Shown here: in pieces, positions 18,848 through 29,100 of the stretch
Layout: each line of letters opens with the position of its first letter
Numbering within the stretch: the first letter of the stretch is position 1
Translations under genes and position numbers: made by a program
The notes under the pieces: model-generated
What the model was told of the DNA's origin: nothing
Seen by the model: only the letters and a program-made list of their open reading frames with translations
Database searches by the model: none
Origin: Clostridia bacterium
GTDB taxonomy: Bacteria > Bacillota > Clostridia > Oscillospirales > Acutalibacteraceae
Direction: 5' to 3'
Assembly (NCBI GenBank): GCA_900766945.1
Contig: CAAFXD010000183.1
Span: 1 to 49,329 of the forward strand
DNA: 49,329 nucleotides

Positions 18848-19089
18848 CATTTGCTCCTTTTTAACCGCTAAGAAAGCAAGGGCTATGTATTCGTATTCAG
18901 TTGTAGGGATAGAATATATCGCAGGGTTTGGGGAAGAAAAAAGCGTCCAAGTTGTTACGCTTGAACGCTGGGTATTAGGCTATATATACTTGCAATCCTT
19001 ATTCTTCAGAGTTTACATTCTATAATGGCATAAAGACAGACTTTTTTACTCTAAAAACAGATACACTAACGCTTCCCATTGAGCAAAAA

Positions 19090-20124
19090 TTAAACACCGC
19101 TTCTCAGCTTTTCCCAGTCTTTATTTCCCTGCATATAATTAAAGGTTTCATCTCCAAGAGACTTCAAAAGCTCTTGCTTTAAGCCGACTGAAAAATTATG
19201 GTCAACAGATTTTAGCACCATATGTTGATAAAGCTTAGATTTTGTAAAATCACCTATCGAATCCACGCTATCTAATATTTCCTGCATAAGTTGTGCAGTC
19301 CATGCAACATCTCTTTCCCAAACTGCAACATCCAGTCCAAAACAAACCTCATTATATTTGCCCATTTCAAATGCATCCGCAGCAGAGGACGAAACTTTAA
19401 CCAACTTTTTTGGCATTTCATGATTATCATCTTCCATATAAAGGATGCGCAAATCATTTAATACCATCTGTATGTGCTGATACCCGCTATATATCAACTC
19501 CTCATATGCACGATAGGCTTCCGTCCGTTTCCCTGTTTTACTGTTTACAAGTGCTTCCTTGCGTTTACGCTCTGGATTCTCCAGAGAGAAATAATCCAAA
19601 TATTGAGCTGCTTTTTCATAATCCTCTTTCCGAAAAAACGCATGGAACAGCGAATCCGCTGCTTGATTACGAATCCGTTCGTCCTCTGAGAGTAAACATC
19701 TCTCATACCATCCGAATATCGCATTATCATATTTGTCCTCGTTTGGGAGCTCCATTGCCATTCGCTTCGCATCCAGAATGACTGCCGCCTGCCAAATCAG
19801 TTTCTCGCAATTAGGATATTCCTCAATTTTTTTCTTTACGGAAAGAAATACATCATGGAAGTCTTTGTTTTCCAAGTCCTTTTGAATTATCAATAGATAT
19901 TGGTTAATTTCTTCGTCTGTTAGATTATCTTTAAAGGACAGAAGTTCATCTGTGGTAATGCCAAGTAGCCGTGCAATAGGGGCAAGCAAAGCAACGTCCG
20001 GCAGTGTGTTGCCCCTTTCCCATTTGTTGACAGCAGGGGTAGTTACGCCGAGACAAGTGGCCATTTCCTCCTGTGTCATTCCTTTATTTTTTCTATATTT
20101 TTTGATGACATCTCCGATTGCCAT
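19090..20124 (-). CDS. XRE-family HTH regulator with a long helical-repeat (TPR-like) C-terminal domain, RRNPP-like architecture
   Basis: MAIGDVIKKYRKNKGMTQEEMATCLGVTTPAVNKWERGNTLPDVALLAPIARLLGITTDELL is a canonical HTH_3, followed by about 280 aa that I read as helical (TPR-like). AAGGAGATGG SD before the ATG at 20124. The segment is AT-rich relative to the rest of the transposon. Confidence 0.7.
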   Translation of the reverse strand: MAIGDVIKKYRKNKGMTQEEMATCLGVTTPAVNKWERGNTLPDVALLAPIARLLGITTDELLSFKDNLTDEEINQYLLIIQKDLENKDFHDVFLSVKKKIEEYPNCEKLIWQAAVILDAKRMAMELPNEDKYDNAIFGWYERCLLSEDERIRNQAADSLFHAFFRKEDYEKAAQYLDYFSLENPERKRKEALVNSKTGKRTEAYRAYEELIYSGYQHIQMVLNDLRILYMEDDNHEMPKKLVKVSSSAADAFEMGKYNEVCFGLDVAVWERDVAWTAQLMQEILDSVDSIGDFTKSKLYQHMVLKSVDHNFSVGLKQELLKSLGDETFNYMQGNKDWEKLRSGV

Positions 20125-20167
20125 GTTTAACCATCTCCTTCGCGATTTCTGGATCGACCCTATGTAT

Positions 20168-20196
20168 AGTATAGCGGATTGGAGTTCAAAAAACAA
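20168..20196 (-). promoter_or_regulatory. Predicted promoter of the XRE-TPR gene
   Basis: The minus strand reads TTGTTT (20196-20191), a 17-nt spacer, then TATACT (20173-20168). Confidence 0.35.
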
Positions 20197-20426
20197 TTGA
20201 ATGCGGGTTAAATGTCGGGAATTATTTTTTACCAGTAGTCAACTTTTAATGTGTGAGTATATATTCTGAATATCTATGTACGCACCGCAAAAGTTGCTAC
20301 GGTGTTGTTTGCGGCACTAAAGCTACCACCTTCGACAATACAGTCGCAATTATAACTTCTTGAATACTACCCAAAAAGGAAAAGCCGCCGTCTGTTGACA
20401 GCGACCTTTCCCCGTGAAACAGCGGT

Positions 20427-20810
20427 CTAATTGTAAATCAAATCGCTGTAAACTACTTCCTCGGCACGGTTGCGGATATTGTTCATAGCCTGTGTCCATT
20501 TCATGCCGTCCTCCGCTTTGAGTGCTTCCGTTACGCCCTCTTTTTCGGCAAGCTGTTTTACCAACCGGAAAAGCATATCCTCGGCTTCCTCGTTCAGTTC
20601 GGCAAGGTAATCGTTCAGCCTGCCGCTTGTCAGAAGCTCGGTATAGAGAGCCTTTCTATGCTCCTGGATATACCGCAGATGTCGCTGTCCCCATATCCCG
20701 ATAGGACGCTGTTCCTGCCCGTCCCCGAAGTCCGGCAGCATTACCTCCGTTTCCATCTCTACGCCGCCGACCGATTGATGAATGACTGATTTCCTGTACT
20801 TGATTTCCAT
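20427..20810 (-). CDS. tnpV: TnpV-family protein
   Basis: IGIWGQRHLRYIQEHRKALYTELLTSGRLNDYLAELNEEAEDM...EGVTEALKAEDGMKWTQAMNNIRNRAEEVVYSDLIY fits the TnpV pattern. AAAGGAGAG SD. The gene sits next to the serine recombinase gene. Confidence 0.7.
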   Translation of the reverse strand: MEIKYRKSVIHQSVGGVEMETEVMLPDFGDGQEQRPIGIWGQRHLRYIQEHRKALYTELLTSGRLNDYLAELNEEAEDMLFRLVKQLAEKEGVTEALKAEDGMKWTQAMNNIRNRAEEVVYSDLIYN

Positions 20811-20896
20811 AGATTTTCTCTCCTTTCCGATTTTGCGCCCCTACGATGGGACACTATCACTTCTTACTTTCTTGCTTTTACCGACTAAAGCGCAAA

Positions 20897-22966
20897 TCAC
20901 ACCACCTCCCGCAGTTTTTTCCCGGCTTGTTTGTTATGCCACCATTCAAGACTGTACTCATTATGATGTTTCTTGCGGCATTCCTCGGAGCAAACGGTCT
21001 GACCGCTGCTGTTCGGCCAGAACAACTCGCCGCAGACAGCGCATTTCCTCTGACGGTAATAGTGATCGCCACGCTCGGCTTCCCGTTCCGCTTTCTTCCC
21101 CGCCTGTCCGGCCTGATAGCGGCACTCTTTTGAGCAGAACACCTGACGGTTGCTTGCTGGGATAAACTCCTTGCCGCAATGGGGACATACCTTTTTCCGA
21201 GCGATTTCGCCGCCGTTTTCAGCGATTTTCTTCGCCTTGCGCCGTTCCCTTGCGGCTTTTTCCCTCGCCCTCTGCCGGGCTAACTTCTCCGCTGCAAGCT
21301 GTTCCTCCTGCGCCTTTATCTCGGCAAGTTCTTCCTCGCTATATGCGATATTTACCTGCCCGACATAATTGAAATAAATGTCAACCTGCTGTGTGCGAGC
21401 ATTTCCCACACCCTGCGCTTCGTAAACGACGATTTTATCCACAAGCTCACGGAACATCGTATCGCTCACCTCAGCGGGAGACTTGAATTTGCGTATCAGG
21501 GCGATAAAATGCTCGATGTCAGGCGGCTTTTCCTCGTTCTCGGACAGTTCCTTTTCCAGTTCTCCTATCTTTTCCTCAAGCTCCGCCTGTTCGTCATCGT
21601 ACTGCTTCATAAGCTGTTTGTACTGCCTTTCGGGGAGCAGGCCGGACATCAGGTTTTCATACAGACCCCGCACAAGCCCGGAAAGCTCGCCGTACCGTTT
21701 CTTCATCCGCTTCAAATCCGCTTCCGCCTGCTGCGGCTTCTCCGTCCGTCTTTCAAGCCACAGCCTTTGCAGTTCCGAAGCAAACGCTTTTTCGTCCTTC
21801 AGCACAAGTCTTGAAATTCTCTGGACGGTGGATAAGAGTATCGCTTCCACGGCTTTTGCGCCGATACCGTGCGCTGTGCAGGAATCAACTCTGCTTGCGT
21901 ACCCGCCGCAGCGGAAAGAATACTCGATGGAGCCGTCTTTCCTGCTGTAATGGGTTTGCAGGGTCATTCGTCTGCCGCAGTCGGCGCAGTAGAGATAACC
22001 GCTTAACCGATGGTAATGGCTGCCCCACGGTGCGCTTCTCCCGGCTCGTTTCCTTGTACGCTGAACGCTGTCCCAAAGCTCCTGTGAGATGATAGCTTCG
22101 TGGGTGTTCGGGAATACATACTGTTCCTCGGCGGGCGTTTCCTTTCGTTTGTGGAGCTTGAAGTTCGTCCCCACGGACTTGTGGAGGATGGTATGACCGA
22201 GGTATTCCTGCCGGTCCAGTATCTTTCTTACCGTTGACACGCCCCAAAGGTAAGGGTCGGAATAATTTTTCCCTCTGGACTGCTCCGTGTGGTATTTCTC
22301 TGAATAAGCGGCGGGTATCAGCACCTTTTCCCCGGTGAGCTGCTCCGCTATCGCCCGTGGGCTTTTGCCCTCGCTGGCAAGCAGGAAGATACGCTTTACC
22401 ACCTCGGCGGCAACCGGGTCAACCACAAGCGTCTGCTTGTCGCCGGGAAGCCTGTTGTAGCCATAGGGGATACTGCCGGAGCAGCGTTTCCCATCCCTCA
22501 TACGGGCGTCAAAGACAGCCTTTATCTTGTTGCTGGTGTCCTTTGCGTAAAACTCGTTCATAATATTAAGGAACGGGGCAAAGTCGTTGTCTGCGGCGTT
22601 ATCGCTGTCAATGCCGTTATTGATAGCGATGAAGCGCACATTTTTCTGAGGGAAAAGGACTTCCGTATAAAATCCCACTTGCAGGTAATTCCTGCCAAAT
22701 CTGGACAGGTCTTTTACGCAGACCGTCTCGATTTCCCCTGCTTCAACAGCGGCAATCAAGGCTTGAACGCCCGGTCTGTTGAAATTCACTCCCGAATAAC
22801 CGTCATCGGTAAAGTGGCGGATATTCGTCAGCCCATTCCTGTGGGCGAAATCTTCCAGGTATTTCTTTTGATTGGTGATCGAGTTCGATTCGCCCACAAG
22901 GTCATCGTCCCTCGAAAGTCTTTCATAGAGTGCTGTCACCCTTGATTTTCCTGCTGTTTTCGGCAT
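20897..22966 (-). CDS. tnpX: Large serine recombinase, TnpX-like (689 aa)
   Basis: ALYERLSRDDD (catalytic Ser), DDGYSGVNFNRPG, KDLSRFGRN. Long coiled-coil, and C-terminal Cys-rich zinc-ribbon repeats (CPHCGKEF..CSKECR; CAVCGELF..CSEECR). Confidence 0.9.
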   Translation of the reverse strand: MPKTAGKSRVTALYERLSRDDDLVGESNSITNQKKYLEDFAHRNGLTNIRHFTDDGYSGVNFNRPGVQALIAAVEAGEIETVCVKDLSRFGRNYLQVGFYTEVLFPQKNVRFIAINNGIDSDNAADNDFAPFLNIMNEFYAKDTSNKIKAVFDARMRDGKRCSGSIPYGYNRLPGDKQTLVVDPVAAEVVKRIFLLASEGKSPRAIAEQLTGEKVLIPAAYSEKYHTEQSRGKNYSDPYLWGVSTVRKILDRQEYLGHTILHKSVGTNFKLHKRKETPAEEQYVFPNTHEAIISQELWDSVQRTRKRAGRSAPWGSHYHRLSGYLYCADCGRRMTLQTHYSRKDGSIEYSFRCGGYASRVDSCTAHGIGAKAVEAILLSTVQRISRLVLKDEKAFASELQRLWLERRTEKPQQAEADLKRMKKRYGELSGLVRGLYENLMSGLLPERQYKQLMKQYDDEQAELEEKIGELEKELSENEEKPPDIEHFIALIRKFKSPAEVSDTMFRELVDKIVVYEAQGVGNARTQQVDIYFNYVGQVNIAYSEEELAEIKAQEEQLAAEKLARQRAREKAARERRKAKKIAENGGEIARKKVCPHCGKEFIPASNRQVFCSKECRYQAGQAGKKAEREAERGDHYYRQRKCAVCGELFWPNSSGQTVCSEECRKKHHNEYSLEWWHNKQAGKKLREVV

Positions 22967-23126
22967 TATTTGCCCCTCCTTTCCTATGTAATCTGTTTTG
23001 CGATTATGGGATTACTCCCTCCACTAATAGGAGAAAAAACGGGGTAAAAGCGGAACTGTTTTTCAAAAAATATCTGAAAAATTTTCGTCAGCCCCAAAAC
23101 CGCCTTTGACTGTCCTTTTTGCAATT

Positions 23127-23150
23127 AAAAAAGGATGATTTCATCATCCT
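23127..23150 (-). terminator. Stem-loop plus U-tract just inside the right transposon end
   Basis: The minus strand reads AGGATGAT-GAA-ATCATCCT followed by TTTTTAATTG. The new TGA stop of the truncated host ORF (23150-23152) abuts the stem. Confidence 0.5.
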
Positions 23151-26100
23151 CAAAAATTATAGCCCTCGGGCGTCAGCTCAACCGCCGTAACGGTTTCGCC
23201 GAAAGTAGAAGCCCACGCATCGAAGTGTTGCAGATTATTTTTCACGAGCGTGTCGTACTGCAAATATCGCTGAATGGTATATAGTTCTACCATAGAATTG
23301 GAAATCGGCGTGCCTGTTGCAAAGACCGTTCCACGCCCTCCGGTTATCTCATCAAGATAGCGGCATTTCATAAACAAATCGCTGGATTTTTGCGCTTCTG
23401 TCTGTGCGATACCACCGACATTTCTCATTTTTGTGTAGAGAAAGAGGTTCTTGTAGTAATGGCTCTCGTCGATAAAAAGCCTGTCAACACCGAGTTCCTC
23501 AAAGGTCACAACATCGTCTTTTTTAGACTGGTCGTTTAGCTTGTCGAGCTTCTGCTTGACAGATTTTTTTGTGCGTTCCAACTGCTTAACGGAGAAGTTG
23601 TCTCCTCGGTTATGCTTCAAGTCCGCAAGCCCTTGTGTGATTTCTTCCAACTGTTGTTCAAGAATAACTCGCTGCCGTTCAATGCTCATCGGGATTTTTT
23701 CAAACTGAGAATGTCCGATGATAATAGCATCATAATCGCCGGTAGCAATCCGACCGCAGAACCTTTTACGGTTTTTGGTTTCAAAGTCTTTCTTTGTAGC
23801 CACCAAAATATTAGCGGACGGATAGAGCTGCAAGAACTCCGACGCCCATTGTTCGGTAAGGTGATTTGGAACAACAAACAGCGATTTACTGCATAAACCG
23901 AGCCGTTTCGACTCCATAGCAGCCGCCGTCATTTCAAAGGTTTTGCCTGCGCCGACTGCGTGTGCAAGGAGCGTATTGCCGCCGTAAAGGATATGCGCCA
24001 CAGCATTTCTTTGGTGTTCTCGAAGTTCTATTTCGGGGTTCATACCATTAAAGGTAATGTGGCTACCGTCATACTCACGGGGACGAATGCTGTTGAACTT
24101 TTCGTTGTATATCTTACAAAGTTTTTCTCTGCGCTTAGGGTCAGACCATATCCAATCCTGAAAACCTTGCTTGATAAGTTCCTGCTTTGACTGAGCGATT
24201 GCGGTTTCTTTTTTGTTGAGTACCGCTTTCTTTTTGCCCTCATCGTCCTCGATATAATCGAAGATACGCACATCTTTCAAATTCAGCGTTTCTTCAATAA
24301 TTTTATACGCATTGATTCGTTTCGTCCCGTAAGTGCTGTATGCTTTGACATTTCCTTTGTCGTAGGTTTTGTTCTCAATATTCCACTCACCTGTATACGC
24401 CGAAAAGTGTAATTTGATATACAATTTTGAATAGTTCGGGGTACCCAAAAACTCAAATATAAACTGCTCTACAATCTCAGGCGGTAGCCAAGTTGCACCA
24501 AGACGAACGGAAATTTCACTTGCCGTCAGGTCTTTCGGCTGCACCTTTTGCAGCGCTTCTACATTGATACTGTAATCTTTTGGTGAAAGCTGTGCGGATT
24601 TTTTTGCCCAGGCGAGCTTCTCACGGACATTGCCGGAGAGATATTCGTCAGCCATAAGATACTTTGCTTCGGTACTGTTCCCGTACCCGTACATCGGGTT
24701 TAAAAAGATAACACCTTTCAGGTCGGCAAAGATTTCCTCCTCGGTTTTGCCTGTAAGCTCGCACATATATTCCATATCAATGCAGGCTTTTTCGCCCATA
24801 GATACGGCAAGCGCTTCGCTGGCAGTATCAACCGAAGTAACAGGGGTATGGGGTTTAATTGTCCTTTTATAGAACATATCCGCTTTCTTTTCCAGAGTCC
24901 CGTCATCGCCCAAGACTTCGAGAGCCGATAACAATGAGAACGAGCTGTCCTGTGAGAAAGCGGAAGAATTGGCACGGCTGTTTATGAGACCGTACTTCGC
25001 CGTAAAGGTATCATAGAGGCTGTTCAGCTTTTCCTGCTCAGCCTTAATTGCCGAGTCGGGATAATCTTCGGTCTGCAACTCAATCAGGTTCCTGACGCAG
25101 TCACGGATTGCAATCATACCCTTAATGCGGTTTTCTGCGGTGGCAGAAACATCAACGGGAGCCATACGGCTGTTTTCACGGAAATAGATTTTGCCGTCCA
25201 CAAGCGTATAGGAAAAGTTTCTCACGGTCGGATCGGCGGGAATGGAATTATCTTCTTCGGTGAGTTCATCTTCCACTTCATAAGCCGTAATCTCACCGTG
25301 AATGTTTGCGACGGCTTCACTGAGCTGCTCTGCAAGGTCAGCGCCCTCATACGGTACACAGGAGGGTTCGGGACCGAAACGCCCCGATACCATTTTCATC
25401 TCACCGAGTATCATTTCGGGATGCTCTACAAAGTAGCTGTTCATCGCAATGCCGTTCTCATCAGTGCCGAGATGCACCCAGTCCGGCTCAATATCTACAA
25501 TGCGGTCACGCTTTTGCAGTATAAGAATATCCGAAACGACTTCCGTTCCGGCATTACCCTTGAAGGTGTTATTCGGCAGACGAATTGCACCGAGCAGGTC
25601 GGCTCTCTGTGCGATATACTTGCGGACTGCGGGATTTTCCTTGTCCATCGTTCCTTTGCTCGTAATGAGTGCCATAACGCCGCCCGGTCGGAGTTTATCA
25701 AGGGACTTTGCAAAAAAGTAGTCGTGGATCAGGAACTTGTGCTTGTCGTATCTCTTGTCGGGAACTTTGAAATCCCCGAAAGGCACATTGCCCACAACGG
25801 CGTCAAAGAAGCTGTCGGGGAGATTTACTTCCTCAAAGCCTTGTGCGGCAATAGAGGTTTTTTGATAAAGCTGCTGTGCAATACCCGCCGAAACGGTATC
25901 AAGCTCTACGCCGTAAACCTTACTTTCCTGCATTGAGTCCGGCAGCATACCAATAAAGTGACCGATGCCACAGGACGGCTCCAAGATATTTCCTTCTCGG
26001 AACCCCAACTGCTCCATAGCCTTATACACGGCTTTTATAACCGTAGGCGGGGTGTAAAAAGCCGTCAGGGTGCTTTCTCTTGCCGACTCATATTCTTCCG

Positions 26101-29100
26101 GTGTCAGAATGTTTTTCAGCATCGCATACTCGGTGTGCCAAGCTCCCATTCGTTCGTCAAAGGCTTCGGGAATACCGCCCCAACCGACATATCTCGACAA
26201 GATTTTCTGCTCATCAGGTGTGGCAAATCGGTTTTCCTCCTGACATCTTTTCAAGACCGTAATCGCAGCATAGTTTCGGTGGAAACGCTCTTTTTTGTTT
26301 ACCTCCGTAATCTCGTTGTTAGCAAGATTAAAGTTGTGTCGCTCGGACATTGGAATTTCAGGGTGCAAGTCACAGGACTGCACCTTGCTTTTCTTTGGCT
26401 TTTCCCAAGCGGGAACGATGGGAACGATAGTCTGTTCAGCCATATCAACTGCTGTTTCAAGATACGGACTGTCAATAATCTCGACGCCCTGCGGGGGCGA
26501 ATCAAGTTGAGTAATAAAGTACTGCGGAATAGTAGTTCCGTCCCTGTCCTTATACAGAACAATTTTCATCGGAACGCCGTAGTAATTTTCCTCTTTAATA
26601 TCCTTTTCAAACTGATAAGGACTTGTGTATTCGATACTCTCACGAACACGACCGTCTGTATGAAGGTAATCAATTCTGCCGATAGGCTTCGACTGTACCG
26701 GTTCTTCCTTGTTTGTTGATTCGATAGAAAGAACCTTACGCTCATCTCCCTCAACGGCTGATAGAACAAGGTCGAAACCTCTGTCGGTCAGCATATTCAT
26801 ATAGGTGTTCAAACGGTTTTGCGGGAAACCCACCATAGGAACTCTCTGACTGTCGCTTACCGCGCGGGAAGTCATCACAAGGTCAAGAGTTTCAGCCACC
26901 GTTTTTGCATCATCATTGTAGGCTTCAAAGAAGTCGCCGACCTGATAGAACACAAGGCTGTCAGGATTTTCGGCTTTTACCGCAAGATATCCTCTGTACG
27001 GTTGCATTACACGGTTGTCCTTAACAGGAACGCCGTTATGTCCGGAAAGCTCTGTGAACTCTTTTAAGAGTTCATCGCTGATACCGAGAACGCCGCCGTT
27101 ATCTTCAAAGACAAAGGCTTCTTCCACAAGGAACTTGTAGAAGTCTTGACCGTGCCACTCATTGCCCATACTGTCAGTTGCGACAAGACCATTCTTATCA
27201 TAGTCAAGCGAAATATCGTCATTTTTGAGTCTTGACAGTACTTCATAAAGCGTATCAATTTCTGTTTGCCTAATTGTTGGCTCACGCATTTGGTCAAATA
27301 TATCATAGTAAATATCTGACCCGCGCTCGGAAACAGGAGTAATTAAACTCAATTGATTTTGGGCTTCAGCAATCATATACCCCATGTTTTTATCAAGCCT
27401 ACCAATAACATCAGGTTTAGGCTCCGAATAAACTTCCAACATAGAATTGAAATCCTCAGTACCGTAATCCACAAGCTCGGTATAAGCATTTTGCTCAAGG
27501 TATTCAAAGAAACTTTTAGCATCACTCGTATTCTCACTTGCTTCTACTATAAGTGGATAAGTAAAGTCCATTATTACAAACTGTCCTTCGGAAAGAGAGT
27601 CAGGGTTGTAATAAATCGCTCTAAACATTTCTCTGGACGGATCGTTGAAAATATATTCCTCACGCCTGATAGGTGTAGTGTTGTGATTATTAAAGGTGAC
27701 TTTCAGGTGGTCATTCATCGGGTTTTCCTGCACCTTTTGGTCGAACTCTGCACGGCTCATTTCCTTATTGAACAAAGGAAACTGCGTATCATAGAGCATT
27801 ACCCGGTCATTGTCAAAGGACAGAATTTCATACTCGTTTGCACCGATATAGACGGTGTTGCCAAGATGATATTCATATCTTTCGTTGCTCGGTTCAGGCT
27901 CTTTCTTTTCGGGCGGTGCAGTAGAAAGGATTTCTCGCTTTCTGCGTTCCTCTGCGGCTTCGATTCTGCGAATTTCGTGTTGCTCAAGCCACGCAGGATA
28001 GAGTTCCTTTTCTTTCGGGTTCAGGTATCTATCCATTTTGATAAGCTCAGAAATGCGCTTTTCAACCTGATTCCAATTTAGAAGCACTTTGACTTCTTCG
28101 CCGTTTACATTCTTCGAGATTTTGATGCCTTTGCCATCGTGCATTTCATCAATGCCCGTTCCGGTAATGACGGGGTAAGAACCGCCCCAACCGTATTCAT
28201 TTTTCAAGAAATCCACATTTTCTTTCTTTGAAAGGCTCTTTTGAAGCTGCTCATAAATGCGGAACTTTCCCTCCGACACGCCGCTTCCACGGGTGAGAAC
28301 AGCGTCGATAATTTCCTGAGAAAAGGAAAAAGCAGAGGGTTTTGTTACCTCTGCTTCGTAATCGAGTATTAAGCTCATCTGCCCGTCCATGGAGGGCAAT
28401 GGCTTCATTGTATCCTGAAGCTCGCCTAAAAGACGCATTGCTTCAAAATGTTCGGCAATAACACCCCAGTCGTAAAAGCTCTGCTTTGTACGACTTAAAT
28501 AGCTGCCCTCCCAAAGCTGAAGCACATTCTGATAAGTCTTGTAGCCGACTCGTCTGCCGTCACTGAGTATCAGTTCAGTATAATCGTTATTGAAAATACT
28601 TTGTATATAAGAAGTCCGGGCAGTCTCGTCAGCGGTTGCTTCAAAGAATGCCCGGATCTCGTCTTTTGTGGCTTTCAGGTGGGGTGTGGTTGCAAGGATT
28701 TCTCGAATAGTATCATCGTTACCGAAGAACGGCAGGCTTCTATCCTCGTTACTTCGGTCGTAATACTCTAAGCGAAGATTACTTCCTTCATCACGATTTC
28801 CTGAACTCGGCTCTTCAGGTTGTTCATCTTCCGAACCCAACTCATCATATCCGCCGCTTTCAGGCTCTCGGTCAAGCCTTCCTTCGCCGCCATTTCTTTC
28901 GTCAGGCGTTCCTCCATTTCGGTCGCCGTCTGTTCGATCTCCGCCAGATGCTCGCTCAGCTTGCAACTCGTCAGGAGATTGTAGTACAGCACCTTGCGGT
29001 TCTCTTTCAGGTACTTCGCTCTCATTCGAGAGTAGCGTCCCATCGGCGCTTCCGGCTGTTCCGGCAGTACCAAGTTGGGAAGTCGATAATCGCCCTGCAT

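Larger units (their letters stand above)
15914..23170. mobile_element. Tn4451/Tn4453-family mobilizable transposon (integrative mobilizable element), unit length 7,252 bp
   Basis: TCGGG occurs at both junctions (15914-15918 and 23166-23170), and the host ORF is restored by joining across it. The six genes are in the order tnpX-tnpV-cargo-tnpY-tnpZ-tnpW on the minus strand. The backbone is visibly more GC-rich than the flanks. Confidence 0.85.

Noticed and set aside
18824-18850. Mini-ORF MPENRPEN with an AAAGGAG just upstream.
   Set aside because: It is simply the translation of the tandem CCCGAAAAT repeat. The SD-to-ATG spacing is only 3 nt, so a DNA operator is more plausible.
19020-19079. 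19-codon ORF (MGSVSVSVFRVKKSVFMPL) 10 nt downstream of the XRE-TPR gene, considered as a possible RRNPP signalling propeptide.
   Set aside because: It has no Shine-Dalgarno, no signal-peptide-like N-terminus, and is very short. It is kept only as a note inside the cargo finding.
25298-25936. 212-aa plus-strand ORF antisense to the methyltransferase domain.
   Set aside because: The minus-strand frame encodes verified MTase motifs I and IV. The antisense frame has no motif and no SD.
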